Positions 22,572 through 34,641 of a stretch of DNA of 64,000 nt are shown here, one piece after another (positions within the stretch are counted from its first letter, which is position 1; each line of letters starts with the position of its first letter). The notes beneath the pieces were generated by a model. The model was not told where the DNA came from, did not search any database, and saw only the letters and a list, made by a program, of their open reading frames with translations. This DNA is from Vairimorpha necatrix (Eukaryota). The translations under genes were made by a program, and so were the position numbers. The stretch is from NCBI GenBank assembly GCA_036630325.1, contig CP142732.1, positions 682,001 to 746,000 on the forward strand, in the 5' to 3' direction.

Positions 22572-24869
22572 TCACAATATACATAAATCTTGTTTAACAC
22601 ATTTCAAATCTTCTTGACTTATAGGTTCTCCATCATCAATAGCCATTAAATTATTAACAATACCCATAAATTTTTTATTCAACAATGGTTTTTTCATTAA
22701 TTGTGTACAACAAAACAAGATCTTTTTTGTAAGTACTGGTTCCCAAACAGGACAAATATTTATTTGATTTAAAACATATAAAAATTTTTTAACTAATTTT
22801 GTCTCAATATAAAAAAGATAAAAATTCACACAAATGTTATAAAAAAGTGTCTGAGACCCTCTTTGTTTTTTAGAATTTTCTATTAAATACAAACACCGAT
22901 CTACAAAATATTTTTCAGATTGTTCTAGATTTTCATAAACAGGGCAAAATGTTTTTATAAGGAAAGTTGAGTCTTCTAAAAAATATTCGTGGAAGAAAAC
23001 AGTAAGATATTGTTGAATATGATCGTCTTCTTCTTGGAAATAAAAAAGTAGAGCGAATTTAAAATAGCGGAAAATTACAGATTCGTTATTAATTTGGTGA
23101 GATAAAATGAGTTTTGAACCAGGAATAATGGCAGTGACATTGTTTGATTCTAATAAATTTGAAAATATTTCAGATGCCAAAGTTTCGTATTTTTCGTCTT
23201 TAAATTTCAAGGCGAGATCGACGATCATCGGGAAAAAGATGTCGACAGTTTCCCTGTATTTTTTAAATAATTCGTAAATTTCTTCATTATACGAAATATT
23301 TAAATAAAAAAATGCTACTTGCGCTATTAAAGAATCGACTTCTTTATTTGACACTTCACATGGCAAAATGATCTCATTTGCGATAGCTTCTTGAATTTTA
23401 TCAATATTTTGAGAATATTTTAAAATATATTTTGAAATTTGTAAACTGTAAATTAGATTTGTTTCCATGTGCCTGTGAATTAAAGAGCCGAACATTTTGT
23501 CTCCATTTTGTTGATCAATTTTATAAATAGTTTTTACTACTTCTTCGATTATATCTTCATGTGCACCATTTTTTATTAATTTATAAATTGTTGTATTAAT
23601 AATTTTCTTAGATTCGTCATCAAACACGTCATAAAAGTTCAAAATTCTAAATAACATTTTTGATTTTTCCATTTTTTCTTGATTATCTTCAGATAATTTT
23701 ATAAATTTGTAGATAAAATCTACAAATTTAGACAAAGAAATTAGATTTAATTCGTCTCTACCTTTATTTTCTTCAATATATTCCAAATATATCAAATACA
23801 AAAAGATATTTTCAAATGTCGTGTCATTTAAAATTTTTTCTCCCGATAAATTGAAATCAAATAAATTCATAAGTTTTTTTACTAATTTTTTACATAATTT
23901 CTGATCATAAAAATCTTTTATTAAGATATTGAATTCACTTGGTAAGTCGTAATATAAGACACAATTATTTACAAATAAATCAATACTTTCGATTTCTCGT
24001 TCACTAAATACTTTTTTCAATAATAAAAATTTTTTATCTTGTCTCATTTCTCTAATATTAATTTTTTCTAAAAATTTTTTATAAAAAATTTTTCTAATAT
24101 TTAAATTTATATCTGAGCATCTGTCGACTATACAATTTATAGTAAAATTGTTTACTTCCAAATTTTCATAAGCCATTTTTCTACAATCTACACTTGGATC
24201 GTATTTAGTAAGATTTTTTAAAATGTTATTAATTTTAGTATTTTCGTTTACTTGACAATTTTGATATTTTTGTAAAAAGAGAATTGCTTCTTTTCTTACA
24301 CTTTTTTCTTTATCAAATAATCTTTCCGATATTTTTTCCAAAAAACCTTGACTTATTATATTGTCTTCTTTTATTATATTATCTTCTTTTATTATATTAT
24401 CATCTTTTATTATATTGTCTTTTATAATAATATTATCTTTAGATATTATATTATCTTTAGACATTATATCTTCTTTATTAATATTATCTTTAGATATTAT
24501 TTTTTCATTTATATATTCTATATTTGATAATTGTCTTATAAAAAATATGGAATTTTTCCTGATTTTACTACTCTTAGAATTTATTAATTCTATCAAATGT
24601 TTAAATAATGAAATAATAAGTTTTTTACCATTTTCTAATGTACACAATTCTTCAAATAATTTTTTTAAAAATAAAATTATTTTGTTAGGAATATTTGATT
24701 TTTTACACAATAAAATTGGATAAAATATTTTTAAGAAATTGTCTAGATTTGGATTTTTATCAAAATATTTTATACATTTGTTTAAGTTTTCAGTGTATTT
24801 TTTTATATCACAAATTTGGATTTCATTGAAAATTATTTGTAAATTTTTGATTTCTGAAGCTTTTTCCAT
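22572..24869 (-). CDS. YCG1: Condensin HEAT subunit CAP-G/Ycg1-like
   Basis: ERLFDKEKSVRKEA, DPSVDCR and QQYLTVFF motifs; internal DNII repeat. Confidence 0.72.
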   Translation of the reverse strand: MEKASEIKNLQIIFNEIQICDIKKYTENLNKCIKYFDKNPNLDNFLKIFYPILLCKKSNIPNKIILFLKKLFEELCTLENGKKLIISLFKHLIELINSKSSKIRKNSIFFIRQLSNIEYINEKIISKDNINKEDIMSKDNIISKDNIIIKDNIIKDDNIIKEDNIIKEDNIISQGFLEKISERLFDKEKSVRKEAILFLQKYQNCQVNENTKINNILKNLTKYDPSVDCRKMAYENLEVNNFTINCIVDRCSDINLNIRKIFYKKFLEKINIREMRQDKKFLLLKKVFSEREIESIDLFVNNCVLYYDLPSEFNILIKDFYDQKLCKKLVKKLMNLFDFNLSGEKILNDTTFENIFLYLIYLEYIEENKGRDELNLISLSKFVDFIYKFIKLSEDNQEKMEKSKMLFRILNFYDVFDDESKKIINTTIYKLIKNGAHEDIIEEVVKTIYKIDQQNGDKMFGSLIHRHMETNLIYSLQISKYILKYSQNIDKIQEAIANEIILPCEVSNKEVDSLIAQVAFFYLNISYNEEIYELFKKYRETVDIFFPMIVDLALKFKDEKYETLASEIFSNLLESNNVTAIIPGSKLILSHQINNESVIFRYFKFALLFYFQEEDDHIQQYLTVFFHEYFLEDSTFLIKTFCPVYENLEQSEKYFVDRCLYLIENSKKQRGSQTLFYNICVNFYLFYIETKLVKKFLYVLNQINICPVWEPVLTKKILFCCTQLMKKPLLNKKFMGIVNNLMAIDDGEPISQEDLKCVKQDLCIL

Positions 24870-24896
24870 GGGTTATAAATTTGAGTCCTTTTTTTT

Positions 24897-25073
24897 ATGG
24901 ACAAGGTTAAAAATCTCAATTTAGAAATTTCGAATCAAGAAGAAGAAATTGTAGAAGAAATTTTAGAAAATATGACAGAAATCAAGTCTATGATTTTGTC
25001 ACTTAATAAACTTGTAGAAGATAATGAGAAATTACTCAGTAAAACAATAAGTAATTTTTACAAAAGAAAATAA
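24897..25073 (+). CDS. Small coiled-coil protein (58 aa), not in the ORF track
   Basis: MDKVKNLNLEISNQEEEIVEEILENMTEIKSMILSLNKLVEDNEKLLSKTISNFYKRK*; stop overlaps AATAAA. Confidence 0.6.
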   Translation: MDKVKNLNLEISNQEEEIVEEILENMTEIKSMILSLNKLVEDNEKLLSKTISNFYKRK

Positions 25074-25237
25074 TAAAATAATAAAATTTGTAATAATATA
25101 TTTTATTCATTAATATATTTAATATATTAATTTATTATTTGTACTGTCTTTGTATAAAACATAATGAATTTTACATTTAAACATAATATTTCAAAAATAT
25201 TTAGTTTTTATTTTTCTTCTTTTTTTTTGACCCCTAA

Positions 25238-25780
25238 ATGGATTTTGCTAAGAGAAATTACACAGTCCCCCCTTTCAAAGAGTACAAACTTTCCGCTTGT
25301 TTAACTCCAACTAGTAAAAATCCCCAGCCTCAAATCTACGAATCCACTATTTATGCTCAGAATCATGTCTTCGCCAGATCCAAGTTTTTTAAGTTACTAA
25401 ATGACAAGTACAAGTTAAAACCAAGTAAGCTCGTCTTACTTGGTGCAGAAGAAATTAAAGAACAAGTCACTGGAGAAGTAAAGAATTATGGGATCAGTTT
25501 CGTCTTTAGATGCAAGAAAGGTCTACAGAATTCATATAGAGAATTTAGAGCCATTTCTAGAGTCAGTGCTTTAGATTTCTTGTTTAGAGAAGCTGCTATT
25601 AGAATTAGGTGTAAGAGAAATGATATCTTTGTAATAGATATTAAAGAATTGGAAGATGAAGAAATTAAGACAGGGAAAGTTGCAGAGTTTAATCAGCCTG
25701 ATCTCAAGTTCCCAGTGTTTGGGAAGTATGCGAATACCCGGGATTTATACGTACCAGTTAATACTAATTTAAGTGATTAA
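25238..25780 (+). CDS. RPL20: 60S ribosomal protein eL20 (L18a/L20)
   Basis: [25 protein letters not shown] and LKFP motifs. Confidence 0.9.
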
Positions 25781-25981
25781 AATATTATTATTTTATGAAT
25801 TATATTATGAATTTGTTTGTTTTATTTATATGCAAAAAGTAAGATGATAAAAATGCATAAAATAAATATTGCATAAAATAAATATTGTATAATAAATTTA
25901 ATGCATAATATATTTAATGCATATTATATTTGTAAATAATATATTTTTTGGATATGTAAGGTCTTTGCTTATTTCTCTGAA

Positions 25982-26206
25982 TTATTTTTTCTGCTTGTAT
26001 AAATATTCTATATATTTTATATTGGCCCCTGGTATGATTATTAGTCCTAAATATTCCCTTGGGTTTTTTAAATATCCTTTTCTGAATTCTTCACTGTCCT
26101 CTAGTAGAATATTTCTATATTTGTCTATTCTTATTAATGTCCCCTCTACAAAGGCCTTGTCTTTTGTATGGACTTTTACTCTGTAATTTATAAATTTATC
26201 ATCCAT
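25982..26206 (-). CDS. Sm/LSm protein, SmB-like
   Basis: Sm1 INYRVKV...GTL..IDKYRNILLEDSEEFR and Sm2 LGLIIIPGANI. Confidence 0.8.
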   Translation of the reverse strand: MDDKFINYRVKVHTKDKAFVEGTLIRIDKYRNILLEDSEEFRKGYLKNPREYLGLIIIPGANIKYIEYLYKQKK

Positions 26207-26370
26207 GATCTTCTTCTTTTTATAATGGGGCTTCTAAACATACACATATTTATTATATTTTAAATAGATCTTATTATTATAGTATCTTATTATAGTATCT
26301 TGTTATAGTTTTAATAAATTTTGAGATTATATATTTAGTTTATATATATTTTGAGATTATTTTACCCTTA

Positions 26371-26895
26371 ATGAGTATAAGATTAAATAAGTCTCATGGT
26401 CTTTTCTCTTTCTTTTTTTATTTCTCTAACTTCTTCATCAGAGAAGACTCTAAACCTTCTGTCCCTAGACTAGTCAGATACAGAGACACTGTCTACTCCT
26501 TCTCTGTCCCTGACAGTATCCAGTCTATAAAAGATAATTCTTTTATAATACTAAATGTATCTGATAAATTAGACATTAATCTACTACGAGAGAAATGTCT
26601 CAAGTATGGACATGTAGTCCATCTGAAGACTGACTCCATAAAGAGAGCGAGAATATTCAGTGACCTGGGGCTTGATAAATTAGAAGGGATTTTCTACTAT
26701 AAAAATAAGTCAGAGATTTATGACGCCCTGGATTTCAGGCCTCATCTTAAGACACAAATTCATCCCTGGGATATTTTCATTCTGAGTAAAATTCTGGAGT
26801 TTAAGTCCCAAGTCAAGAAACTTGGGACTTGTAATTTTGAGATGGATTTTATTTCCATGACATTTCGACTAATAAAAGTATTTATATCTTCTTAA
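26371..26895 (+). CDS. Hypothetical protein
   Basis: 174-aa ORF, CCC upstream. Confidence 0.65.
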   Translation: MSIRLNKSHGLFSFFFYFSNFFIREDSKPSVPRLVRYRDTVYSFSVPDSIQSIKDNSFIILNVSDKLDINLLREKCLKYGHVVHLKTDSIKRARIFSDLGLDKLEGIFYYKNKSEIYDALDFRPHLKTQIHPWDIFILSKILEFKSQVKKLGTCNFEMDFISMTFRLIKVFISS

Positions 26896-26993
26896 TACGT
26901 AATGTGTATATTACATAGATGTAACATGATGATCTATATAATATAGATGTAACATGATGATATATTAATATATCTATACTCTTAATTATCTTT

Positions 26994-28835
26994 TTAGTAA
27001 TATATTCTGTTTATCTCTTCAGTGTACTTGTTCTTTACTGTCTTATTCTCAAATATCCCCTTAATACATTTCATACATTCTCTACTGTCCCATTCTTTAA
27101 TATCAAATATATCCTTAAGCTTCCTATATAAACTTATATACTCAGTGTACTCACTCTGGTCTAACTTCTTAGTAGTCAATATACTGAGAATATGCTGGTC
27201 TATCATCTCTGCCGAGAGATGTCTCAATTTACTAAATCCCTTACACTTCTTATAATCTCCAAATATCAAATATAAATCATTTATAAAGTAAAACTTAAGA
27301 TTTATAATATTATTTATATCATTCTCAAATAAAGTCTTAATAAGTTTAAAATTCTCTAAATTAAACTTAGTAATTTTCAATAAAATATTATCAACTTTCT
27401 CTTCATCTAAAACATTATCATTATATTTATCATTTTCATTTATATTATAAATATAATCCTCTAATAAATATTGTATATTCTCTTTAAATTCTTCAAACAT
27501 ATTAAATAAATATACTAGTACATGTATCTCTTTCCTATTTAAATATCTCATACTATCTATAAATACCACATGGAAATCTAAAATATTATCTACTACATAT
27601 TCTACATCTAAAGGAAGAAACTTCTTGATTAAATCTAAATTCTCTTTTATAAGATCTTCATATTTGGGAAACCACTCCTTGAAATTTAACTTGTGGATTT
27701 CTTGTAACTTCTGATTAATTTCTGATCTCTCAGAATGAAGAAGATCTGAGCGAAAATCTGAGAAATGGGAATTTAAATCTAGAGAAAAATCAAGGAAAAT
27801 ATTTCTAGTGAACAAAGAGAGAAAGAAATTGAAATTTATCAAGAGATTTCTCTTTTGATAAGAATCAATATTCTCTATGTCATTGATTCTTGATTTTATT
27901 AAATTTACGACATTCTTACAAATACTAATGAAATATGCATTAGTATCATTTGTATCAATATTATCTTGTTGCTTATATATTTGTTTGTCTTGATTATTTG
28001 TATCATTAATATTTGTACTATTAATATTATTTGTACTATTATTATTATCTTGTTGCTTATATATTTGTTTGTCATATATATTTGTATTATTAATATTATT
28101 TATAGTATCATAATTATTTGTACTATTTATATTATTTGTATTATATTTCTCATAAATTCCTATAAATTTGTGGATTTCTTTAATCTTCTTCTCTAGAAAA
28201 TTAAATACCCATTCCGCTTTATCTAACCTATTTGTTTCACTATCACTTGCAAAATGATACTCATATCTCTTATTAATATACTCATTCATACATTCCAAAA
28301 ACAACTCAATCTTAAAATACTCTTCAAATTCTTTAACAAACTTAATCTTATAAATCATATCATGTAATTCCTTATTCTTAACAATTTCAAAAACCAAATA
28401 TTTTTTCAAATTAGAAAATTGATTTTTATAAAAATAATTTATCTCAATTTTCAAATTCTTGAAAATTTCTGCTTCATTTTCTATTTCTTTTATTTTATCA
28501 AAGGATTTGAAAATTTGTAAATTGTATTTCCATTTAATCTCGTTAATTCGTAAAAGTAAATTTTCAAATTTATTTTTATAAATTTCTCGGATTTCATGTT
28601 GTTTATGCAATTTGTAATCTTTTATATTTTTTTTTAGAGAAACAAACAAAGTCTTTTTCTGTTTGAGAATTTGTTTGGCGTCTTCGAATTTTTGGAGGAG
28701 AGATAGTTTAGTAGTGCGCAAATGAGTAAGATCAGTGGATATTTGTTGGTAGTCTTTTATAAGAAGATCGTGTTTTTGTTTGGTAAGATTTAAATCGTTT
28801 TCTAGTTTTTCTTTTTGTTTTATAAGTTTTTCCAT
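26994..28835 (-). CDS. Tip20/RINT1-like Dsl1 tethering subunit
   Basis: YHF...TNRLDKAEW motif, N-terminal coiled coil, Asn-rich repeat insert; start at the ATG after CCCC. Confidence 0.75.
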   Translation of the reverse strand: MEKLIKQKEKLENDLNLTKQKHDLLIKDYQQISTDLTHLRTTKLSLLQKFEDAKQILKQKKTLFVSLKKNIKDYKLHKQHEIREIYKNKFENLLLRINEIKWKYNLQIFKSFDKIKEIENEAEIFKNLKIEINYFYKNQFSNLKKYLVFEIVKNKELHDMIYKIKFVKEFEEYFKIELFLECMNEYINKRYEYHFASDSETNRLDKAEWVFNFLEKKIKEIHKFIGIYEKYNTNNINSTNNYDTINNINNTNIYDKQIYKQQDNNNSTNNINSTNINDTNNQDKQIYKQQDNIDTNDTNAYFISICKNVVNLIKSRINDIENIDSYQKRNLLINFNFFLSLFTRNIFLDFSLDLNSHFSDFRSDLLHSERSEINQKLQEIHKLNFKEWFPKYEDLIKENLDLIKKFLPLDVEYVVDNILDFHVVFIDSMRYLNRKEIHVLVYLFNMFEEFKENIQYLLEDYIYNINENDKYNDNVLDEEKVDNILLKITKFNLENFKLIKTLFENDINNIINLKFYFINDLYLIFGDYKKCKGFSKLRHLSAEMIDQHILSILTTKKLDQSEYTEYISLYRKLKDIFDIKEWDSRECMKCIKGIFENKTVKNKYTEEINRIYY

Positions 28836-29345
28836 GGGGAACAAAAGAAAAAAATCTTTTGTTGATTGTGTTTATTTTGAAAGTTATTGTGCAGTATTAA
28901 CTCTCTTATGTCTTGTTTATAAAATGTATACAATAATTGTATATTATTAAAATGAAGAAATTCTGATATTTAGGTTTATAATTGACGACCTCAAGCAAGT
29001 AGAATAGTAAACCTCTTTTTTTTAAAAATATAAATACAAATCTAAGCTGACTGGAACTTACGACCCCGTAAAAAACAGAAATAAAGCGTAAATCGAATCT
29101 ATAATCCTGAAACCACTTCGCTTTTCTGCTGGTAAAAGATTTTTACAATGTCTTGAGATAATTCCTTTAGCGAGTTTTTTTTCCTGTTTTGTGTTTAAAA
29201 CAACATGTGTAAAAAGAACTTATTTAATTTTACACATTTAAAAATCGATTAAAAGTTTTTAACATAATAATTTACAACATAAAATGCACTGGATTTTTCT
29301 CTACGTGTAATAATAAAGTAAGTCGTTTAGTTAATTTTTTATTGC

Positions 29346-31028
29346 TCACATTTTATTTAATGGAGTAAGTCCAAATAATCTCAAGGCATTTCCTATGACA
29401 ATCCTAGCACATTTCAAAACATTCAATCTTACTGACGCAATATCAGAATCAACTCCCTTTACCATCATCTTTTTATTAATCGAATTTGTATAAGCACACA
29501 AATCATTAATATAAGTGTAAAGTTTATTAGGCTCCAAATCTTCTAAACAACTAACAATCGTCTTTTCAAACCAAATAAGTTTGTACAAAAGTGCTTGTAT
29601 TTCCTCTTGTTCAATAAATTTAGTATCAATTTCTTTTTTAATATCCAAATCTTTATTCATAATTTCAATACTTTTAAGTCTACAATGAGCATATTGAATA
29701 TAAGAACCTGTTCCATTAACATTCTTGGCTCTTTTTTCTACATCAAATTCGTAGCCTTTAATCCTCTTAGCAGAAAAATCCATAATTATTAGAGTAGAAA
29801 CTGCTAAATTTAAAGCAGTCTCTTTTACATCTTCAATAGCTGCTCGTCTTTCTGGTTCACTTTCTATTTGTTTTAACATGACATCTGTAGCAGTCTCAAT
29901 AATATCTTCTAAAAATTTTACTGTTCCTTTTCTTGTTGACATACCTTTGACCATTCCATATTGAACATGTTCAAACTCACAATTAACTTTCGCTTTCTTT
30001 AAAACACTAAATAAATCTTCAAAATGTTCTTTTTGTTCTACAGAAACAACATAAATAAGTTTTTCAGCTTTATGTCTTTTTATTCGATCTAAAGCTGCGG
30101 AATAATCTCTTGTTAAGTATAAAGTAGTACCATCAGATTTTAATACAACTGGATTTTTTTCTTTACCCAAATCTACACAAACAGATTTATCAGGATTTGT
30201 AATTAAAAAATCTAATTTTTTAATTTCATCCCAACAAATTTTTTCATATTTACTTTCACCAGAATATTCTTCAAATTCTACACCTAATTTTTTATATAAT
30301 TCTTTATATTTATTTATACTAATTTGTCTAAAAAATGCCCACTGTTTTAAATATTTCTCATTGTTGTCTTTTTCCATCATTTCGAAAATTTTTTTAGCTT
30401 GTGTGTCGATTGTTGGATCTTCAGATGCTAAATTGTTAATTTTGACGTAAACGTCAAAAAGATGTTTTATAGGATCATTTTTTAATTCTTCTTCTTTGCC
30501 AAATTTTTCATAACCGAGTAAAACGAAACCAAATTGTTTTCCCCAATCGCCTAAATAATTTAGACCGATAGCATTATAACCACAAAAATTGTGAAGTTTT
30601 TTTATAAAATTGCCTAAGATAGTAGTTCGAAAATGACCCATGTGAAATATTTTCGCTATATTTGGGCTACTATAATCTATAACAACTGTTTTGTTGTTAC
30701 CTATATTGTTTTTACCGAATGATTCGTTTTTTTCGAGTATAGTAGAAATAATTTCGGAACCATAAGGAATGATATTAATATTGAAAGATACAGAAGGGCC
30801 CCTTGCGGTGACATCTTTAACATATTTAATATTAGCATTTAAAATAGATGTATAAAAATCATTTGTAATTTCAGCAGCATTTTGTCTTATTTTTAGTAAG
30901 AAAAATGTGCAATTTGGTTTTCCTTTGATATTGCATACTTCTAAACAAGATCTTAATTCCTCTTTTGTAAATGTATATGCTTTCTCAATCTCATCGATAA
31001 TATTGTCTATTATTTTTTCGAGTATCAT
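29346..31028 (-). CDS. RARS: Arginyl-tRNA synthetase
   Basis: DYSSPNIAK.FHMGH, YLGDWGKQFG, MSTRKG and YIQYAHCRL motifs. Confidence 0.96.
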   Translation of the reverse strand: MILEKIIDNIIDEIEKAYTFTKEELRSCLEVCNIKGKPNCTFFLLKIRQNAAEITNDFYTSILNANIKYVKDVTARGPSVSFNINIIPYGSEIISTILEKNESFGKNNIGNNKTVVIDYSSPNIAKIFHMGHFRTTILGNFIKKLHNFCGYNAIGLNYLGDWGKQFGFVLLGYEKFGKEEELKNDPIKHLFDVYVKINNLASEDPTIDTQAKKIFEMMEKDNNEKYLKQWAFFRQISINKYKELYKKLGVEFEEYSGESKYEKICWDEIKKLDFLITNPDKSVCVDLGKEKNPVVLKSDGTTLYLTRDYSAALDRIKRHKAEKLIYVVSVEQKEHFEDLFSVLKKAKVNCEFEHVQYGMVKGMSTRKGTVKFLEDIIETATDVMLKQIESEPERRAAIEDVKETALNLAVSTLIIMDFSAKRIKGYEFDVEKRAKNVNGTGSYIQYAHCRLKSIEIMNKDLDIKKEIDTKFIEQEEIQALLYKLIWFEKTIVSCLEDLEPNKLYTYINDLCAYTNSINKKMMVKGVDSDIASVRLNVLKCARIVIGNALRLFGLTPLNKM

Positions 31029-32102
31029 TATACAGGGGGATAAAATTAAAAAAAAAACCGTTATTTTATTAAAACTGTAAAATATTAAAAGTATTATTCA
31101 AGATATTTATATACAATAATGTTCATAAAACCGTAAAAAAATATTATTATAACGACACGGAAATAAAATGTTTAAAAAATAGTTAGATGTATAAATATAT
31201 AGATAATACTAAAACGTTTATTTTTTAGTCCAGAGTTAATAATAAAGCAATAGTTGAAATAAATACTGCTTATGAAAGTCCGAAAAATTAACTTGACCTT
31301 AATGAGAAGTATGTTAGAGTATAAAATGCGCTTGTAGCTTAGTGGTCATAAGATATGTGTCATACATAAATAATTGAATTCCATTAAGTAACATTTATTT
31401 TTTCTATTGCTAGGATGTGCTAATATTGCGTGTTCAAGATACTAATTAAATTGGTTCATGAACATTTTGTGGGGGCAGCTATAGAAAGATCGCGTCACAT
31501 GCAAAAAACGCACTTCTTCCTTGGAATAACGGGGATCAAGGTTCCACTGCTATGCGTAAAGCAATATATTTGTTTTATAAAGATATTGGCAGATGTAATA
31601 TCTTTCGAGTTAAATTAAAGAAAACTCGAACTAGAGTGAAGGTCTCATTGTTCTGTCATGCGGGGTTTCTACGCATTGGCCAATATTATCGGAATTAAAT
31701 TGTCCATACAGCCTATAAAATGCTAGTCAGTTATGTAGCGAGGTCTTAGTGTATTCGAGATGCAGAAGAAACAAGGACCTTTCATAAAGTACGAATTGCT
31801 TCTTAACTGGTCATATGGGCCGTGTTTTAAATTATGCTTGTTGTAGATGTTCTTAGACACGATATAGATCTTAATAGTGACTGATTTATTTAAAACAAAT
31901 GTCTAATGAATATAACGATCTTTGTGTAACAACAAATTAAAATCTAACCGATATGGCTGAGCTCGCTAACAAGCAATTATATGGAGGATGTTTTAAAGTA
32001 AAGATTTTATAGTACTTTATATACAGATCAATTTCAATTACTCCTAATTGTTAGATAAGTTTTTTTTCTGCATCTTATCTTAAAAAAAATCTGATAAAAA
32101 AT

Positions 32103-33014
32103 TTAATTAATCATTTTTAATTTTTCTAGTAGTCTTAACTTTCGTCTAATAGCATTCAAAAATCTATCATAATTACTAAACATTTTTTGCAAATTTATAG
32201 ACATATTAGTCAAGGCTATTTTCATGTCATATGAATCATCTACTTTTTTAATATAATTTTCTATAATCGATTCATACAAATTTATAAGCCTACCACATAG
32301 ATTAAATTCATTAAATAAATAAGGAAATCTTGTAATTAATAACTGAAAACGATGTTTTAGTGAATTTTTATGATAATTGTAATGCAAGTGTTTAGGCGCG
32401 AAAGCATAGAAATAATCCATAGCTTCAACTATCTGATCAACACTTTCAATTATTGATTTCTTACTATCTTCGTGTATTGTAGAATTTAGAATCTTTGTTC
32501 CTATACTTGGTAAGTCGATATTCAATATATCTTTAAATACTCTAATCCATTGATTAGTTACATAATAATTTGATTTGTAAAATATATAATCTAATTGAGA
32601 TGGAAATTTACATTTAAATATCGGCTCTTTTACGTTCATTTTATCATTTTTCCACTGATCAATCTGATCTTTAAAATTTTTTACATCAGAATGAAAAGTT
32701 TTTTCAAGTGTACTGTTCACGGGCTTGAGATACACATTTTTCATTAGTTTAATAAAACTCAATACTACCTCATCGAACGAAACTTCCTGCGGATGATTAT
32801 TAGAAATGGTGGAAGAATTTTTTTTATAATGAAAGGGTCGGCCACGTTTACATCCAGAAGTTTTAGCGGAGCGTAATATTTGATAAAGTATACTAGAATT
32901 TTTTATTTGATCAACTTCAATCTTTTCCTGTTGGTTTGTCCAACCTCTCCATGGAATAAAGTCGACATTATCAGCGATATTTGAGCAAAATATTAATGAA
33001 AAAAACAGAAACAT
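32103..33014 (-). CDS. Hypothetical secreted protein
   Basis: Long ORF; the ATG after CCC gives a signal-peptide-like MFLFFSLIFCS start. Confidence 0.65.
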   Translation of the reverse strand: MFLFFSLIFCSNIADNVDFIPWRGWTNQQEKIEVDQIKNSSILYQILRSAKTSGCKRGRPFHYKKNSSTISNNHPQEVSFDEVVLSFIKLMKNVYLKPVNSTLEKTFHSDVKNFKDQIDQWKNDKMNVKEPIFKCKFPSQLDYIFYKSNYYVTNQWIRVFKDILNIDLPSIGTKILNSTIHEDSKKSIIESVDQIVEAMDYFYAFAPKHLHYNYHKNSLKHRFQLLITRFPYLFNEFNLCGRLINLYESIIENYIKKVDDSYDMKIALTNMSINLQKMFSNYDRFLNAIRRKLRLLEKLKMIN

Positions 33015-34641
33015 TGAAGGGATAAAACGGCCGATTATTATAAACATGTAATGAATTAATCAAATATCTAGTTTTAAACATACATAAAGTTAATCAGGAA
33101 TAAAAAATGCAAAATTGTCTATTGATTTTCTTAAAAAACACAAAAAAATGATTTCTTTGAACTCTACAAGTTATTTTAACAATAGAAAAATCGTTACGTG
33201 CTAAAATTAACAATTTATAATATATTCATCTTTAATGTTTAATATTACTCAATCAACCCTGATATAAAACCTACGTCACATTAAAAGTTACCAAATAAAA
33301 TTTTTACTTTTATAAATATTTAATTTAAGTTCATTGATTAATTTCTTAAAAAACAATTTATCAATATCAAAAGATTATTTAAATAGTGTATTCGAAATTT
33401 AATTTGTTATATGACGTATTGCAATAATTTAATGTTAAAATTTTTTTGAATTTAAAAAGCCGTATATATTATCAATTAATCAATAATAAAGAATTCCTAA
33501 TTAATATTTCATAAATCTCTTTAATAAAGCAATATTATATGTAGTACAGACCATAATAATATAATTAGGCGACACATAGCTTAAATAAACTACCCAAAAA
33601 ATATACAGAAATAAAAGTAGGTACAACGATAAAGATTTACTAAGAAATAATATTGCGCAATAGACATATATGTAATTGAAAAAAGCAAATCATAATAGTG
33701 AAGATGAATTCAACATTGTCTTATAACTTACAACATAATAATGAGAAGATAGAAAATTTTAAAAATTTACAAGAATCTGTTTAATGCATGGATGAAAGAC
33801 ACAATTATCTTCAACTTATGTATGAGACTTCATAGAAACTAAATATAATTATAAACAGGTGGTATTTATATGAATGGTCAATATGAAATGTACGAAAATA
33901 ATTCCACTATGCAAACAAAAAACATTTATCTTGAATACACAAGAAAAGAATGTGAAATTTGATATATTGTAAGTAAACACTGTGCCTAAGGATGATTATC
34001 ATAACCTAATTATACCTAAACAATTCAATATTTTGCTCAATGAAATCCATAAATTTCATAACATTTGTTCACTTTCAATAAAATGTTACATTCATTTGTG
34101 TAGCTTGTCACCAATAAACTTATTGTCAATATTAAAAATAGACTATTAACACATATAAATGATATCGTTGACACAGTGCAACAAATACTACAACAGAACA
34201 TTAAAGTTAAAAGTTGCTTGTATTTTATAAAAATCGAATCGTGTTTTATTGCGAAAGTGCATAAGAATGAACTCAAGTCGCAAACAATACCATGAAAATA
34301 TAACGACAGGACTGTTGTAATATTTACTTAACCTATAAGCATTTTTAGCATAATTTAACATATAATCGAATATTTTGATGTAACTTTGACATCAAATATT
34401 TAATAATTAGGCCGTCTATATCGAATTTTACTTAGCTTTCTAATTGTTAAGTTTGAACTCGTAAATTGTGTACAAGCCTAAAAATGATAGCATTGAACCA
34501 ACAGTCCATTTTAAATTTATTGTTTACTAGACATTTACATTGTTAATAAAATACTTAGAAAACTTTCCTAGTCTGATGTAGTAAAGATTTCATGGAATGT
34601 AAACAACAAGACAGCTGAAACTTATAATAAAAAAATTAAAT

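Noticed and set aside
31328-31990. Second, older SINE (tRNA A-box-like GCTTGTAGCTTAGTGGT followed by GC-richer sequence)
   Set aside because: No clear B box, tail or TSD; cannot be supported by eye
33580-34320. Decayed helicase/TE-like coding remnant
   Set aside because: Only a weak motif impression, with many stops
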